Source: a virus. Taken from it: a stretch of 64,000 nucleotides of DNA. The number at the start of each line of letters is the position of its first letter. Positions within the stretch are counted from its first letter, which is position 1. Location of the stretch: the IMG/VR virus record IMGVR_UViG_3300034374_005666, positions 39,256-103,255 of that record; one strand, 5' to 3'. Both the position numbers and the translations under genes were made by a program. Positions 20,150 through 27,664 of the stretch are shown here, piece after piece. The notes under the pieces are model-generated. The model saw only the letters and a program-made list of their open reading frames with translations, did not search any database and was not told where the DNA came from.

Positions 20150-20280
20150 AGTATTCTATTTGATAAAGCATCAAGACCTGATATATCCCACTCATAAACT
20201 TTAACCCAATCTTCTGGTTCTTCCCTATAACGGTTAGCCCATACTAACCTAGTACCATAAATCATATTTATACAAAACAT
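20137..20280 (-). CDS. RIIC-family mini-protein, 47 aa
   Basis: MFCINMIYGTRLVWANRYREEPEDWVKVYEWDISGLDALSNRILCYL. Confidence 0.75.
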   Translation of the reverse strand: MFCINMIYGTRLVWANRYREEPEDWVKVYEWDISGLDALSNRILCYL

Positions 20281-20408
20281 ACTATTCTATTTGATGCAAA
20301 CTGATAGTTTACTTGGCTCCAATGTTTGACACAAGTAATTGTGTGGTCTAGATAAACTGATGACCATCTAAAATTATAACTATCATAAAGTTTATTTAAC
20401 AGTAACAT
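20268..20408 (-). CDS. RIIC-family mini-protein, 46 aa
   Basis: MLLLNKLYDSYNFRWSSVYLDHTITCVKHWSQVNYQFASNRIVCFV. Confidence 0.75.
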   Translation of the reverse strand: MLLLNKLYDSYNFRWSSVYLDHTITCVKHWSQVNYQFASNRIVCFV

Positions 20409-20545
20409 ACTATTCTTATTGTGTTGTCTGAAGGTGGTATGAATCTACTGTAGTAAGGGTCTTCCCGTTCTTCATGGTAAAACACAGATCTGTAGTTACT
20501 ATGACAGTAAAAAGTTATTGCTGTAACTATTTCTATATTACACAT
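20396..20545 (-). CDS. RIIC-family mini-protein, 49 aa
   Basis: MCNIEIVTAITFYCHSNYRSVFYHEEREDPYYSRFIPPSDNTIRIVCYC. Confidence 0.75.
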   Translation of the reverse strand: MCNIEIVTAITFYCHSNYRSVFYHEEREDPYYSRFIPPSDNTIRIVCYC

Positions 20546-20670
20546 AATATTCTATTTGTAATAAACCAAGCTCCTGCATGGCTATAAAAATCATGGAAAT
20601 CCCATCCTGGTTCAAATGACCAGTCATATACGTGCTCACCATATAAAGCAGAGTGATTTAAAATATACAT
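20533..20670 (-). CDS. RIIC-family mini-protein, 45 aa
   Basis: MYILNHSALYGEHVYDWSFEPGWDFHDFYSHAGAWFITNRILCVI. Confidence 0.75.
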   Translation of the reverse strand: MYILNHSALYGEHVYDWSFEPGWDFHDFYSHAGAWFITNRILCVI

Positions 20671-20798
20671 ATTATTCTATTTGTAAATCCGTTATCGTGA
20701 TATTCCATTATACTTAATATTGCTACATACCTATACGTAGTCCAGTAATAATGATCTAATACTATAAATCCATATGTTGTGTAACTTATATGTAGCAT
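20658..20798 (-). CDS. RIIC-family mini-protein, 46 aa
   Basis: MLHISYTTYGFIVLDHYYWTTYRYVAILSIMEYHDNGFTNRIICIF. Confidence 0.75.
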   Translation of the reverse strand: MLHISYTTYGFIVLDHYYWTTYRYVAILSIMEYHDNGFTNRIICIF

Positions 20799-20926
20799 AC
20801 TGTTTTGAATGTTTGTACTCTGTTTAATCTTCTAATAAACCAAAGAATCAGCCTATATTTAAAAGAAAACCTTGTTTTATGTATATAGTTAACTCCTTTA
20901 GGACTAACTATCATTATACGTAGCAT
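20786..20926 (-). CDS. RIIC-family mini-protein, 46 aa
   Basis: MLRIMIVSPKGVNYIHKTRFSFKYRLILWFIRRLNRVQTFKTVCYI. Confidence 0.7.
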   Translation of the reverse strand: MLRIMIVSPKGVNYIHKTRFSFKYRLILWFIRRLNRVQTFKTVCYI

Positions 20927-21036
20927 ACTGGCCTAATTGTGTCTATTCTTATAAATAAAGTAATTGGAAACCATCTATTAGAAAAAGAACACTCAAAGTT
21001 ATAGTTCAAGCATTGTTTAAATCCTAGTTTTCGCAT
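20914..21036 (-). CDS. RIIC-family mini-protein, 40 aa
   Basis: MRKLGFKQCLNYNFECSFSNRWFPITLFIRIDTIRPVCYV. Confidence 0.65.
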   Translation of the reverse strand: MRKLGFKQCLNYNFECSFSNRWFPITLFIRIDTIRPVCYV

Positions 21037-21094
21037 GTGCGTATATTGTTTATATTATTCTGAATACCTATGTTTGTTGTAAACAGAATAACTT

Positions 21095-21910
21095 ATGCAG
21101 ATCAATAAGATTAATGATCTATACATGGAAATACGTATTCCATACAGATCAATGAGGACTTCTTCCTATTTTCATTTATGCTCAGATGTTCACTTCGATA
21201 ATCCAGACTCAGACCAAAAGCTCTTCTTTAGCCATCTGGACAAGATTAAAAGCCTTAATGGTAAAAGCTTAATCTTTGGTGATTTCCTCTGTTTAATGCA
21301 GGGAAAATACGACCTGCGTAGTGATAAATCTAAGATCAGACCAGAGCATAACAAGAGCAATTATCTTGATGCTGTACTTGACGATACGGCGGATAAACTC
21401 AAACCTTACAAAAAGACTTTGGGTATGATTAGCTTAGGTAATCACGAAAGCCGCGTTATTGAAAGAAATGAAATTGATCCATTGCATAACTTAGCATTAC
21501 GTCTCAAAGGACTAAATACTATGGGTTATCATGGATTTATAAAGTTTATCTTTCACAACAATGGTTCTAAAGTAAGGTCATGTCTTCTCTATTTCCATCA
21601 TGGTAAATGGGGCAGTATAACCAGTTCAGTTAATAAACATGGACTTTCTGTACCACAAGCAGATATTATTGTCTCAGGTCACACACATTCTGAATTTTAT
21701 GTACCTGTACCTAGATTAAATCTGCGACAAAATGGTGAAGTAAGTATTACTAAACAGCATCACATTAAGTGTGGTACTTATAAAGATGAGTTTTTGACTA
21801 CTAAAGGTTTTGGAGTAGAAAGAATAGCTGTACCTAAGAATATAGGTTCATGGCTACTCAAGCTTACACCTACAGAAAAAGATGTAGATATTAAGTTTGA
21901 GTCTATGTAA
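21095..21910 (+). CDS. calcineurin-like metallophosphoesterase
   Basis: DVH, GD, GNHE, HHG, GHTH motifs. Confidence 0.85.
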   Translation: MQINKINDLYMEIRIPYRSMRTSSYFHLCSDVHFDNPDSDQKLFFSHLDKIKSLNGKSLIFGDFLCLMQGKYDLRSDKSKIRPEHNKSNYLDAVLDDTADKLKPYKKTLGMISLGNHESRVIERNEIDPLHNLALRLKGLNTMGYHGFIKFIFHNNGSKVRSCLLYFHHGKWGSITSSVNKHGLSVPQADIIVSGHTHSEFYVPVPRLNLRQNGEVSITKQHHIKCGTYKDEFLTTKGFGVERIAVPKNIGSWLLKLTPTEKDVDIKFESM

Positions 21911-22049
21911 TGCAGATTATTCTATTTGTTAACCAATAAGACCTTTCTAAGAAATTATCATGGTAAGGCCATTTGTTCCAATCAGCTAATTCAGCTTCAA
22001 AATCTTCATGGTTGTAGTAAAGAAATAAACATTCATTTACATGTAACAT
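21903..22049 (-). CDS. RIIC-family mini-protein, 48 aa
   Basis: MLHVNECLFLYYNHEDFEAELADWNKWPYHDNFLERSYWLTNRIICIT. Confidence 0.75.
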   Translation of the reverse strand: MLHVNECLFLYYNHEDFEAELADWNKWPYHDNFLERSYWLTNRIICIT

Positions 22050-22183
22050 ATCATTCTCATTGTAGTATTGCTGTTAAGCACAGCATGTATAATCTTACGA
22101 CTTTCTAGTATTGCATCTATTCCCTCAAACAAATTATCAAAAGTTTCAAACAGAATAAATCTAAAACAATTTATAGTATGCAT
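22037..22183 (-). CDS. RIIC-family mini-protein, 48 aa
   Basis: MHTINCFRFILFETFDNLFEGIDAILESRKIIHAVLNSNTTMRMICYM. Confidence 0.7.
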   Translation of the reverse strand: MHTINCFRFILFETFDNLFEGIDAILESRKIIHAVLNSNTTMRMICYM

Positions 22184-22305
22184 ATAGTACGTATTGTAGT
22201 GTCTGTATATCCAAAGTTTCCACCATAAACAAAAGAGTATTTAAATAAATTACCCATTGACAAATAGCATGTGTATGCTTTAATACAATTGAGTAGTTTT
22301 ATCAT
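22171..22305 (-). CDS. RIIC-family mini-protein, 44 aa
   Basis: MIKLLNCIKAYTCYLSMGNLFKYSFVYGGNFGYTDTTIRTICIL. Confidence 0.7.
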   Translation of the reverse strand: MIKLLNCIKAYTCYLSMGNLFKYSFVYGGNFGYTDTTIRTICIL

Positions 22306-22469
22306 ACTTCAAACGTTTTATTCCACACATACACTAGTATGTGATAGAATCCATCATTCTTAGCTACTATATAGTAACCTTTCATATCTGTAACTAATCT
22401 TTCTAATTCAATCTCAAGCATATATGCAGGTATAACTGCAATATATGCACCATTCAAGTCTTCCAGCAT
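22302..22469 (-). CDS. non-family small protein within array 2, 55 aa
   Basis: MLEDLNGAYIAVIPAYMLEIELERLVTDMKGYYIVAKNDGFYHILVYVWNKTFEV; ATGA overlap with next unit. Confidence 0.55.
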   Translation of the reverse strand: MLEDLNGAYIAVIPAYMLEIELERLVTDMKGYYIVAKNDGFYHILVYVWNKTFEV

Positions 22470-22479
22470 TTGTTTACTA

Positions 22480-22608
22480 TTATAAGTGACATAATATTCT
22501 TATTGATTGGTCATCTATTCTCATTGCCATTACCCAATGATTATTGCTGTATTCAAAATTATAAGATGGAAATTTTGGATAGCTTATAAGCCGTTTTATA
22601 CATAGCAT
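22480..22608 (-). CDS. RIIC-family mini-protein, 42 aa
   Basis: MLCIKRLISYPKFPSYNFEYSNNHWVMAMRIDDQSIRILCHL. Confidence 0.75.
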   Translation of the reverse strand: MLCIKRLISYPKFPSYNFEYSNNHWVMAMRIDDQSIRILCHL

Positions 22609-22727
22609 AATATTCTGTTTGATTTGTCTCGTATTTCTAAAGAAGTATTTATAAAAACATTATCTTCATACCATTTATAACTGTATGAGTCATATACTTT
22701 TGTTATACATTTTATTATAGTTGACAT
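22596..22727 (-). CDS. RIIC-family mini-protein, 43 aa
   Basis: MSTIIKCITKVYDSYSYKWYEDNVFINTSLEIRDKSNRILCYV. Confidence 0.75.
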   Translation of the reverse strand: MSTIIKCITKVYDSYSYKWYEDNVFINTSLEIRDKSNRILCYV

Positions 22728-22834
22728 ATTATTCTATAGTTTGTGTATCTTTGTCTCAAGTATTTAAGTGCAAAAGACTGGAATTTAAAATTGAGTAAGT
22801 AATGACGAGTACCTTTTGCTATAAATGACAGCAT
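22715..22834 (-). CDS. RIIC-family mini-protein, 39 aa
   Basis: MLSFIAKGTRHYLLNFKFQSFALKYLRQRYTNYRIICQL. Confidence 0.7.
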   Translation of the reverse strand: MLSFIAKGTRHYLLNFKFQSFALKYLRQRYTNYRIICQL

Positions 22835-22959
22835 ATTCTTAATGATTCATCTAAACTAAAGTGAAGAAATACACCAAACTTTTGATCTAATAAAATCTCT
22901 TTATGAGAGTATGTTATCCAAAGTCTTGTATAGGTTAAAAAAGTCTTTATATGTAGCAT
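22819..22959 (-). CDS. RIIC-family mini-protein, 46 aa
   Basis: MLHIKTFLTYTRLWITYSHKEILLDQKFGVFLHFSLDESLRICCHL. Confidence 0.7.
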   Translation of the reverse strand: MLHIKTFLTYTRLWITYSHKEILLDQKFGVFLHFSLDESLRICCHL

Positions 22960-23084
22960 ATAACTCTATTTGTGCTGCTAAGAAAGCTTACATACTTGTT
23001 CTTATCTATATTGGTAAAGAAACGTGCATTAAAGCTAATCAACTGTTTGTTTATAAATGACTCATAAAAAATAATTCTTAACAT
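22947..23084 (-). CDS. RIIC-family mini-protein, 45 aa
   Basis: MLRIIFYESFINKQLISFNARFFTNIDKNKYVSFLSSTNRVICYI. Confidence 0.75.
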   Translation of the reverse strand: MLRIIFYESFINKQLISFNARFFTNIDKNKYVSFLSSTNRVICYI

Positions 23085-23102
23085 AGTTCAGCATAAATTA
23101 AA

Positions 23103-23137
23103 GAACCCTGACATCCAATTAAGGACATCAGGGTCTT
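23103..23137 (-). terminator. hairpin between HEEH-type gene and array 2
   Basis: ACCCTGA/TCAGGGT stem. Confidence 0.5.
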
Positions 23138-23170
23138 GTTTACCAATAACCAGCTTGGTTAAAAAAATAA

Positions 23171-23455
23171 TTAGTCGTACATCTCCATGTTACGCTCAGT
23201 AAATGGGTTGTATTCCCGTGCAATGATATTCTCATGTACACCTGCTGGAACTTGTACAGCTCCATGAGGTTCACGTACTTGAGAGTGACCTTTTACAGGT
23301 ACTTCATGGTTGATTACGCTGTCTACAGTAGTCTGATACAAGAAATTGCTCAATGGAGCATCGCCTTTGATAGTGATTTTCTTCTTCACTACTGGCTGTG
23401 CTGATTTCAGTACGTGCGCATGTGTACCTTCAGCAAGAACTAATTTGTGATTCAT
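23171..23455 (-). CDS. small His-rich beta protein, usual partner of DUF6745-like proteins
   Basis: LVLAEGTHAHVL...INHE...H..VQVPAGVH..IIAREYNP resembles the LAEGE.TGH.H...HEEH...LP.G.Y...QREY.P family. Confidence 0.6.
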   Translation of the reverse strand: MNHKLVLAEGTHAHVLKSAQPVVKKKITIKGDAPLSNFLYQTTVDSVINHEVPVKGHSQVREPHGAVQVPAGVHENIIAREYNPFTERNMEMYD

Positions 23456-23498
23456 TGTTAAACTAGTTTTAATGATTTACAAATATAATAAAATAATC

Positions 23499-24239
23499 TT
23501 AAGTCTGCTGATTAATGAGCTTAAAGAACTCATCTCCAGACAAATAGTAAGGTGTGACAGGTTTTAGCTCAGAACTATCTTTAACATCGTAAGTAACTGT
23601 ATAGACCTCACCTTGACGATTGATCTCTTTAATCTGCTTTTTGTCGTGTGTGATTTCACACAGCCAAGCTACTGCGTCTTTGACAGAATAGCTACCCTGC
23701 TGGCAAAAGTTTTCTCTGTCATCTACAGTTGCCCAATACTCTCTGTGAGTAGAAGGACACCAGAACTGAATAGCAAACACATCTCTACGCCTGTCTTCAA
23801 AGCCTAGTTCTTTTGGGCTGATAGACCATAAATGATATGTATCACCTATGTTAGACTCCCTGTTATCAGGCTCAAAGTTGAAAGTATCTACTTTCTTTTT
23901 GTTCTCTATATTATTGAACATTTGAGCAGGCCCAATATAGAAGAAAGCAATACGGCGCAGGTCTATATTCTCAATATGACTGGCTGCCTTAAAGTCAATA
24001 GCTTCTACTGAAGCCCAAATATCATCTAAGAAGCTCTTTAGCTCCTCCAGTGCCTTATTGTAAGCATTAATATGCTCCATGTTAAGATTCGTACCTTTGA
24101 TCTTCTTAGGCTCAAAGATGTCTGTTTCTTCTCTGTACATTTCAGCTGTAGTATCATATCTGGCTTTCATAATGCTACAGAACATATCAAACTTGATAGG
24201 CACATTGTCGATTGTAAAACTCAGTTTGCTAGGATTCAT
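23499..24239 (-). CDS. DUF6745-like domain protein
   Basis: ENIDLRRIAF..IG, FWCPSTHREY..TVD, VKDAVAW. Confidence 0.6.
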   Translation of the reverse strand: MNPSKLSFTIDNVPIKFDMFCSIMKARYDTTAEMYREETDIFEPKKIKGTNLNMEHINAYNKALEELKSFLDDIWASVEAIDFKAASHIENIDLRRIAFFYIGPAQMFNNIENKKKVDTFNFEPDNRESNIGDTYHLWSISPKELGFEDRRRDVFAIQFWCPSTHREYWATVDDRENFCQQGSYSVKDAVAWLCEITHDKKQIKEINRQGEVYTVTYDVKDSSELKPVTPYYLSGDEFFKLINQQT

Positions 24240-24243
24240 AGAC

Positions 24244-24885
24244 TTAATCTTTTTTAGTTACATACTCTACACATACTTCAAGAAAGTTACCAATCATGTC
24301 ATACAGACCATATTTATTTGGCATCTTGGTTCCAGGCAGTGCAGGTTTTTGCCCACTATTACCAGGATGGACAGCTACTGCATCAAGACCATGCTCTTTA
24401 ATCTGGTCTTCTGCATCTGCTTTAAGGAACTCCCACTCATCTACTGAGGGAAGTCTAAAGCCTTTCACATTAATATCTGATAGAAATACCCCATCATCAT
24501 TAATGACATATGGTAATTCAGGTAATCCAAGAAAAACATTATATTCAGCAAATGTTTTGTCTGCATGTTCGTGATTAGCATCCATCTCACCTACTTTAGT
24601 AACTTCAGTAAGCCAGTTTAGATAGTGACACACGTCAATATCTCTGATATTAGCTACTGGTAGATTTCCCCTACCAAAGCCTGAATCTGACGGGAGTGTA
24701 CGTCCTGTAGCAATACAGAACTTAGCCCATTGATTATGGCTAGTAGGATAGATTGCAGCAAAGAACCTACTGTTAAAGTTCTCTGGCTTAAGTACTTCAA
24801 TATACTCATTAGTAAGTTCCACAAATGGTGGCAACTCATGGTCAGTCTGTGTGACAACAGGCTGTGCTCCAAATGTAAATTCCAT
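24244..24885 (-). CDS. FGE-sulfatase (SUMF1)/C-type-lectin-fold protein, C-terminally truncated
   Basis: LPVANI..DVCHYLNWL, GFRLPSVDEWEF, GTKMPNKYGLYDMIGNFLEVC; lacks the RGGSW...GFR tail. Confidence 0.8.
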   Translation of the reverse strand: MEFTFGAQPVVTQTDHELPPFVELTNEYIEVLKPENFNSRFFAAIYPTSHNQWAKFCIATGRTLPSDSGFGRGNLPVANIRDIDVCHYLNWLTEVTKVGEMDANHEHADKTFAEYNVFLGLPELPYVINDDGVFLSDINVKGFRLPSVDEWEFLKADAEDQIKEHGLDAVAVHPGNSGQKPALPGTKMPNKYGLYDMIGNFLEVCVEYVTKKD

Positions 24886-24896
24886 AACTTGATTGT

Positions 24897-26756
24897 TTAG
24901 AAGATTGTTAGTTGATTATTTCTTTCAATTGTTTGTATAATACTGTTAGCCTGATGAATATAAAAGCTGTAATCTATGTCAGATATAGCTTCATCAGTAT
25001 GAGTGTTATACAGTTTAACACCATAGCCTTTTAGCATATGGGTCTTTTTATTGTTCTTTAGCTTGTACAAGTATTTTCCTTTCTTACTTACATAGTACCT
25101 ATTTAATCTTTGAGGAAGAACCTCATCTCCATATACAACTTTAAAGCTTTTATCTACTTTTTTAGACAAACAGTAATTGAATATATGATGGTCACCTTTA
25201 ATGTAGCTGTCTACAGATTGTCCTGTTCTAAAATAGTTTACTATAGCTTTTGGTACAATTAGCATATTACAGCTATCACCAAGATTAGGATTTTCTATAA
25301 AGCTTGAACCTTTAGTCTTGTATTTACCATTAGGTTTAATGGCAATATAGTTATTTACATTAGCATAGCATATTTTAGAATATTGCTCATGCTCAAATTC
25401 AAGATTAAATGTTTTTCCTACATTATCTACTATAGATAGGTATTCTTGTTCTCTATCGACAGGTACTATACACTCAAGACCGTCTGTATTCAAGCTGACT
25501 ACCTGAAAACCAGCAATAGCTAAATCTTCAAGAGTTTTAGTGAGTACAAGTTGTCCTTGCAGTCTCATCTTCATAGCTCCTTCTGGATAATACAACCATG
25601 AGTAAGGACTATCAAGTAAACCCGACAGACTATTAAGTACAAGCTTTAGAGTAACATTCTTTGCTCCATCACCTGTACGCTTAGCTTCCATACGTTCATC
25701 TTTGATACGTATGTAACTATTAAGTACTTCAGACTGTCTAATCAAACCATAGTTAATGATAAGATTTGGATATAGTGAACCTACGTCTGATGTATACACA
25801 ATATTGTGCTTATCAGATGTATATATTTCATTATTGTTTACTGAATGTATACCACCTACACCATAGCTCAATTTAATAGCAGTATTTCTATGTATAAAGT
25901 TTAATTCTGTATGAAATTCTCTACCTGCACATTGCATAGATGTGTATAATGTCTTGAAAATATGAAGCTTAAACTCTGGATTATGTAGTTCAAGACATTC
26001 ATTGCTATTGTATGTGCTTTTACGAGTTTCGTATTTGTCTGCACCTGTTTGTTTACAATATTCATCAAGCATAATCTCAGATGCAATCTTAGGAGCATCC
26101 CAAGACAAGCAATCAAGGTTATATGTTCTTTGAATATTGCGTCTAAGTTCTATCTGTTCTGCTACTGTAGTAGGTTTACCTTGCCATCTGATGGTATCAA
26201 ACAGTATTTTACGCATAATACCCATATCATGCTCATAATTGTAGTGTTTGACTTCTTCAGCCTGACTACGACTTAAATGCATACCAGGTGGATATGGCAG
26301 CTCTTGCACTATAGGATATCCAAGTTGTATACCTAAAGATTTCAAACTAATCTTTTTACTCAGTCTGAGCATTCTAGACCAGTGTAGATATACATCTATA
26401 TCAATCCAGGGATGATTGTATTTGTACTTTTTAAGATTCTGTTGTCTCCACCACATATCAGTACGTATAATATACTGACTAAATTTATCAATCTCTGCAC
26501 ATATTTCATGTACAGGTAATTGTTTGAGACTATCGTATTGTACTATTATAAATTTGATAACAGGACTATCATAGTGTATACCATTAAAACTAACTAGTTC
26601 TGCATTATGCAAGGCAGTATTATATGTCCATACTATTTTATCTAAATCATCTTGCCACTCACTAATTTCTAGTATTTCTTTCTCACCTGTATTATAGTTT
26701 TCTATAGTAGTACAAAAAAAGTTAGGATATACTTCTATGTCATGTCCATACATCAT
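24897..26756 (-). CDS. DNA polymerase family B
   Basis: Exonuclease DIEVY, FNGIHYD, YNYEHD; polymerase DVGSLYPN, KLVLNSLSG, NTDG. Confidence 0.92.
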   Translation of the reverse strand: MMYGHDIEVYPNFFCTTIENYNTGEKEILEISEWQDDLDKIVWTYNTALHNAELVSFNGIHYDSPVIKFIIVQYDSLKQLPVHEICAEIDKFSQYIIRTDMWWRQQNLKKYKYNHPWIDIDVYLHWSRMLRLSKKISLKSLGIQLGYPIVQELPYPPGMHLSRSQAEEVKHYNYEHDMGIMRKILFDTIRWQGKPTTVAEQIELRRNIQRTYNLDCLSWDAPKIASEIMLDEYCKQTGADKYETRKSTYNSNECLELHNPEFKLHIFKTLYTSMQCAGREFHTELNFIHRNTAIKLSYGVGGIHSVNNNEIYTSDKHNIVYTSDVGSLYPNLIINYGLIRQSEVLNSYIRIKDERMEAKRTGDGAKNVTLKLVLNSLSGLLDSPYSWLYYPEGAMKMRLQGQLVLTKTLEDLAIAGFQVVSLNTDGLECIVPVDREQEYLSIVDNVGKTFNLEFEHEQYSKICYANVNNYIAIKPNGKYKTKGSSFIENPNLGDSCNMLIVPKAIVNYFRTGQSVDSYIKGDHHIFNYCLSKKVDKSFKVVYGDEVLPQRLNRYYVSKKGKYLYKLKNNKKTHMLKGYGVKLYNTHTDEAISDIDYSFYIHQANSIIQTIERNNQLTIF

Positions 26757-26869
26757 AATTTACATATTATTCTTATTGTAAAGTAGTCAGGTCTAGATTG
26801 CCATGACCAAACCCAAAAGTCTGTATACGCTGTTTTACCAACATCTTTAAAGTATTTTATATGTAGCAT
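26753..26869 (-). CDS. RIIC-family mini-protein, 38 aa
   Basis: MLHIKYFKDVGKTAYTDFWVWSWQSRPDYFTIRIICKL. Confidence 0.75.
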   Translation of the reverse strand: MLHIKYFKDVGKTAYTDFWVWSWQSRPDYFTIRIICKL

Positions 26870-26994
26870 ATTATTCTTATTGTATAAGATTCAGGGAGTA
26901 TCCAACCCATTAGAAACCACTTAAAAAGAAATACACTTTCATCTCTAAAGAAATAAGAAAAACCAGAAAGTCTATATTTATCTATATATAACAT
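26857..26994 (-). CDS. RIIC-family mini-protein, 45 aa
   Basis: MLYIDKYRLSGFSYFFRDESVFLFKWFLMGWILPESYTIRIICYI. Confidence 0.75.
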   Translation of the reverse strand: MLYIDKYRLSGFSYFFRDESVFLFKWFLMGWILPESYTIRIICYI

Positions 26995-27125
26995 ATTATT
27001 CTAATTGTAGTACCTCTTGGAAAGACCATATCTATTAAATTCCAATGAAACGTAGACTTATGCTTAAACAACCTTTCTACATATCTCTCTGAACCTATTA
27101 AAACTAAATTATCTACATAACGCAT
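26982..27125 (-). CDS. RIIC-family mini-protein, 47 aa
   Basis: MRYVDNLVLIGSERYVERLFKHKSTFHWNLIDMVFPRGTTIRIICYI. Confidence 0.75.
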   Translation of the reverse strand: MRYVDNLVLIGSERYVERLFKHKSTFHWNLIDMVFPRGTTIRIICYI

Positions 27126-27256
27126 ACTATTCTATTTTCAACTGTTGAGGGAAGATTCATTCGTAAAATAGACCAATCAAAATTATTCCAAGGTTTATCA
27201 AATGTTGACATGTAAGTAATATTCTCTAATAGTCTATAATGTTTTATACGTAGCAT
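27113..27256 (-). CDS. RIIC-family mini-protein, 47 aa
   Basis: MLRIKHYRLLENITYMSTFDKPWNNFDWSILRMNLPSTVENRIVCVM. Confidence 0.75.
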   Translation of the reverse strand: MLRIKHYRLLENITYMSTFDKPWNNFDWSILRMNLPSTVENRIVCVM

Positions 27257-27387
27257 ATTATTCTAGTTGTCATTGACATAGTAATAGGCCAATTAGGCTC
27301 AAAAAACCAAGAAAAGCCATTGAAATCTATATCTCCTGAATTATAGCTATAATTTTCTTTTCTGCATATTCTATTTATACGTAACAT
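27244..27387 (-). CDS. RIIC-family mini-protein, 47 aa
   Basis: MLRINRICRKENYSYNSGDIDFNGFSWFFEPNWPITMSMTTRIICYV. Confidence 0.75.
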   Translation of the reverse strand: MLRINRICRKENYSYNSGDIDFNGFSWFFEPNWPITMSMTTRIICYV

Positions 27388-27518
27388 AGTATTCTAATTG
27401 TTTCTACTCTATCAAAAAATATATTATTATCATTTTCAAGTATCCATTGTAAAGGTCTGTCTCCTACACGCCCATAAGTAAATCTTCCTTCGACACCTAT
27501 ATATACTATAAGTTGCAT
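27375..27518 (-). CDS. RIIC-family mini-protein, 47 aa
   Basis: MQLIVYIGVEGRFTYGRVGDRPLQWILENDNNIFFDRVETIRILCYV. Confidence 0.75.
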   Translation of the reverse strand: MQLIVYIGVEGRFTYGRVGDRPLQWILENDNNIFFDRVETIRILCYV

Positions 27519-27664
27519 ATTATTCTGATTGTTTCATCGTTAAGCATGATATCAAGCGGGCTAGAATCTCCACTAAGGCCAAACTCCAAAGCATCAATTT
27601 CTATAGAATTTGAAAACCATGAAAAACCTGAAGTAAGCTTATACATTAATGTTATATTACGCAT
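27506..27664 (-). CDS. RIIC-family mini-protein, 52 aa
   Basis: MRNITLMYKLTSGFSWFSNSIEIDALEFGLSGDSSPLDIMLNDETIRIICNL. Confidence 0.75.
   Translation of the reverse strand: MRNITLMYKLTSGFSWFSNSIEIDALEFGLSGDSSPLDIMLNDETIRIICNL

Larger units (their letters stand above)
19893..21036 (-). repeat. mini-gene array 1 (9 units)
   Basis: Junction motif at ATGs 19905, 20030, 20149, 20280, 20408, 20545, 20670, 20798, 20926; first ATG 21036; spacings 125,119,131,128,137,125,128,128,110, all 2 mod 3. Confidence 0.9.
21903..23084 (-). repeat. mini-gene array 2 (8 family units plus one unrelated small ORF)
   Basis: ATGs at 22049, 22183, 22305, (22492), 22608, 22727, 22834, 22959, 23084; spacings within each run all 2 mod 3. 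Confidence 0.88.

Noticed and set aside
21926-22108. Plus-strand ORFs in the track overlapping the arrays (also 27513-27719)
   Set aside because: Antisense shadows of the minus-strand mini-genes with no recognisable features.
24244-24885. Active formylglycine-generating enzyme modifying the conserved peptide Cys
   Set aside because: The C-terminal region carrying the catalytic cysteines is absent, and the peptides lack the CxPxR substrate motif.
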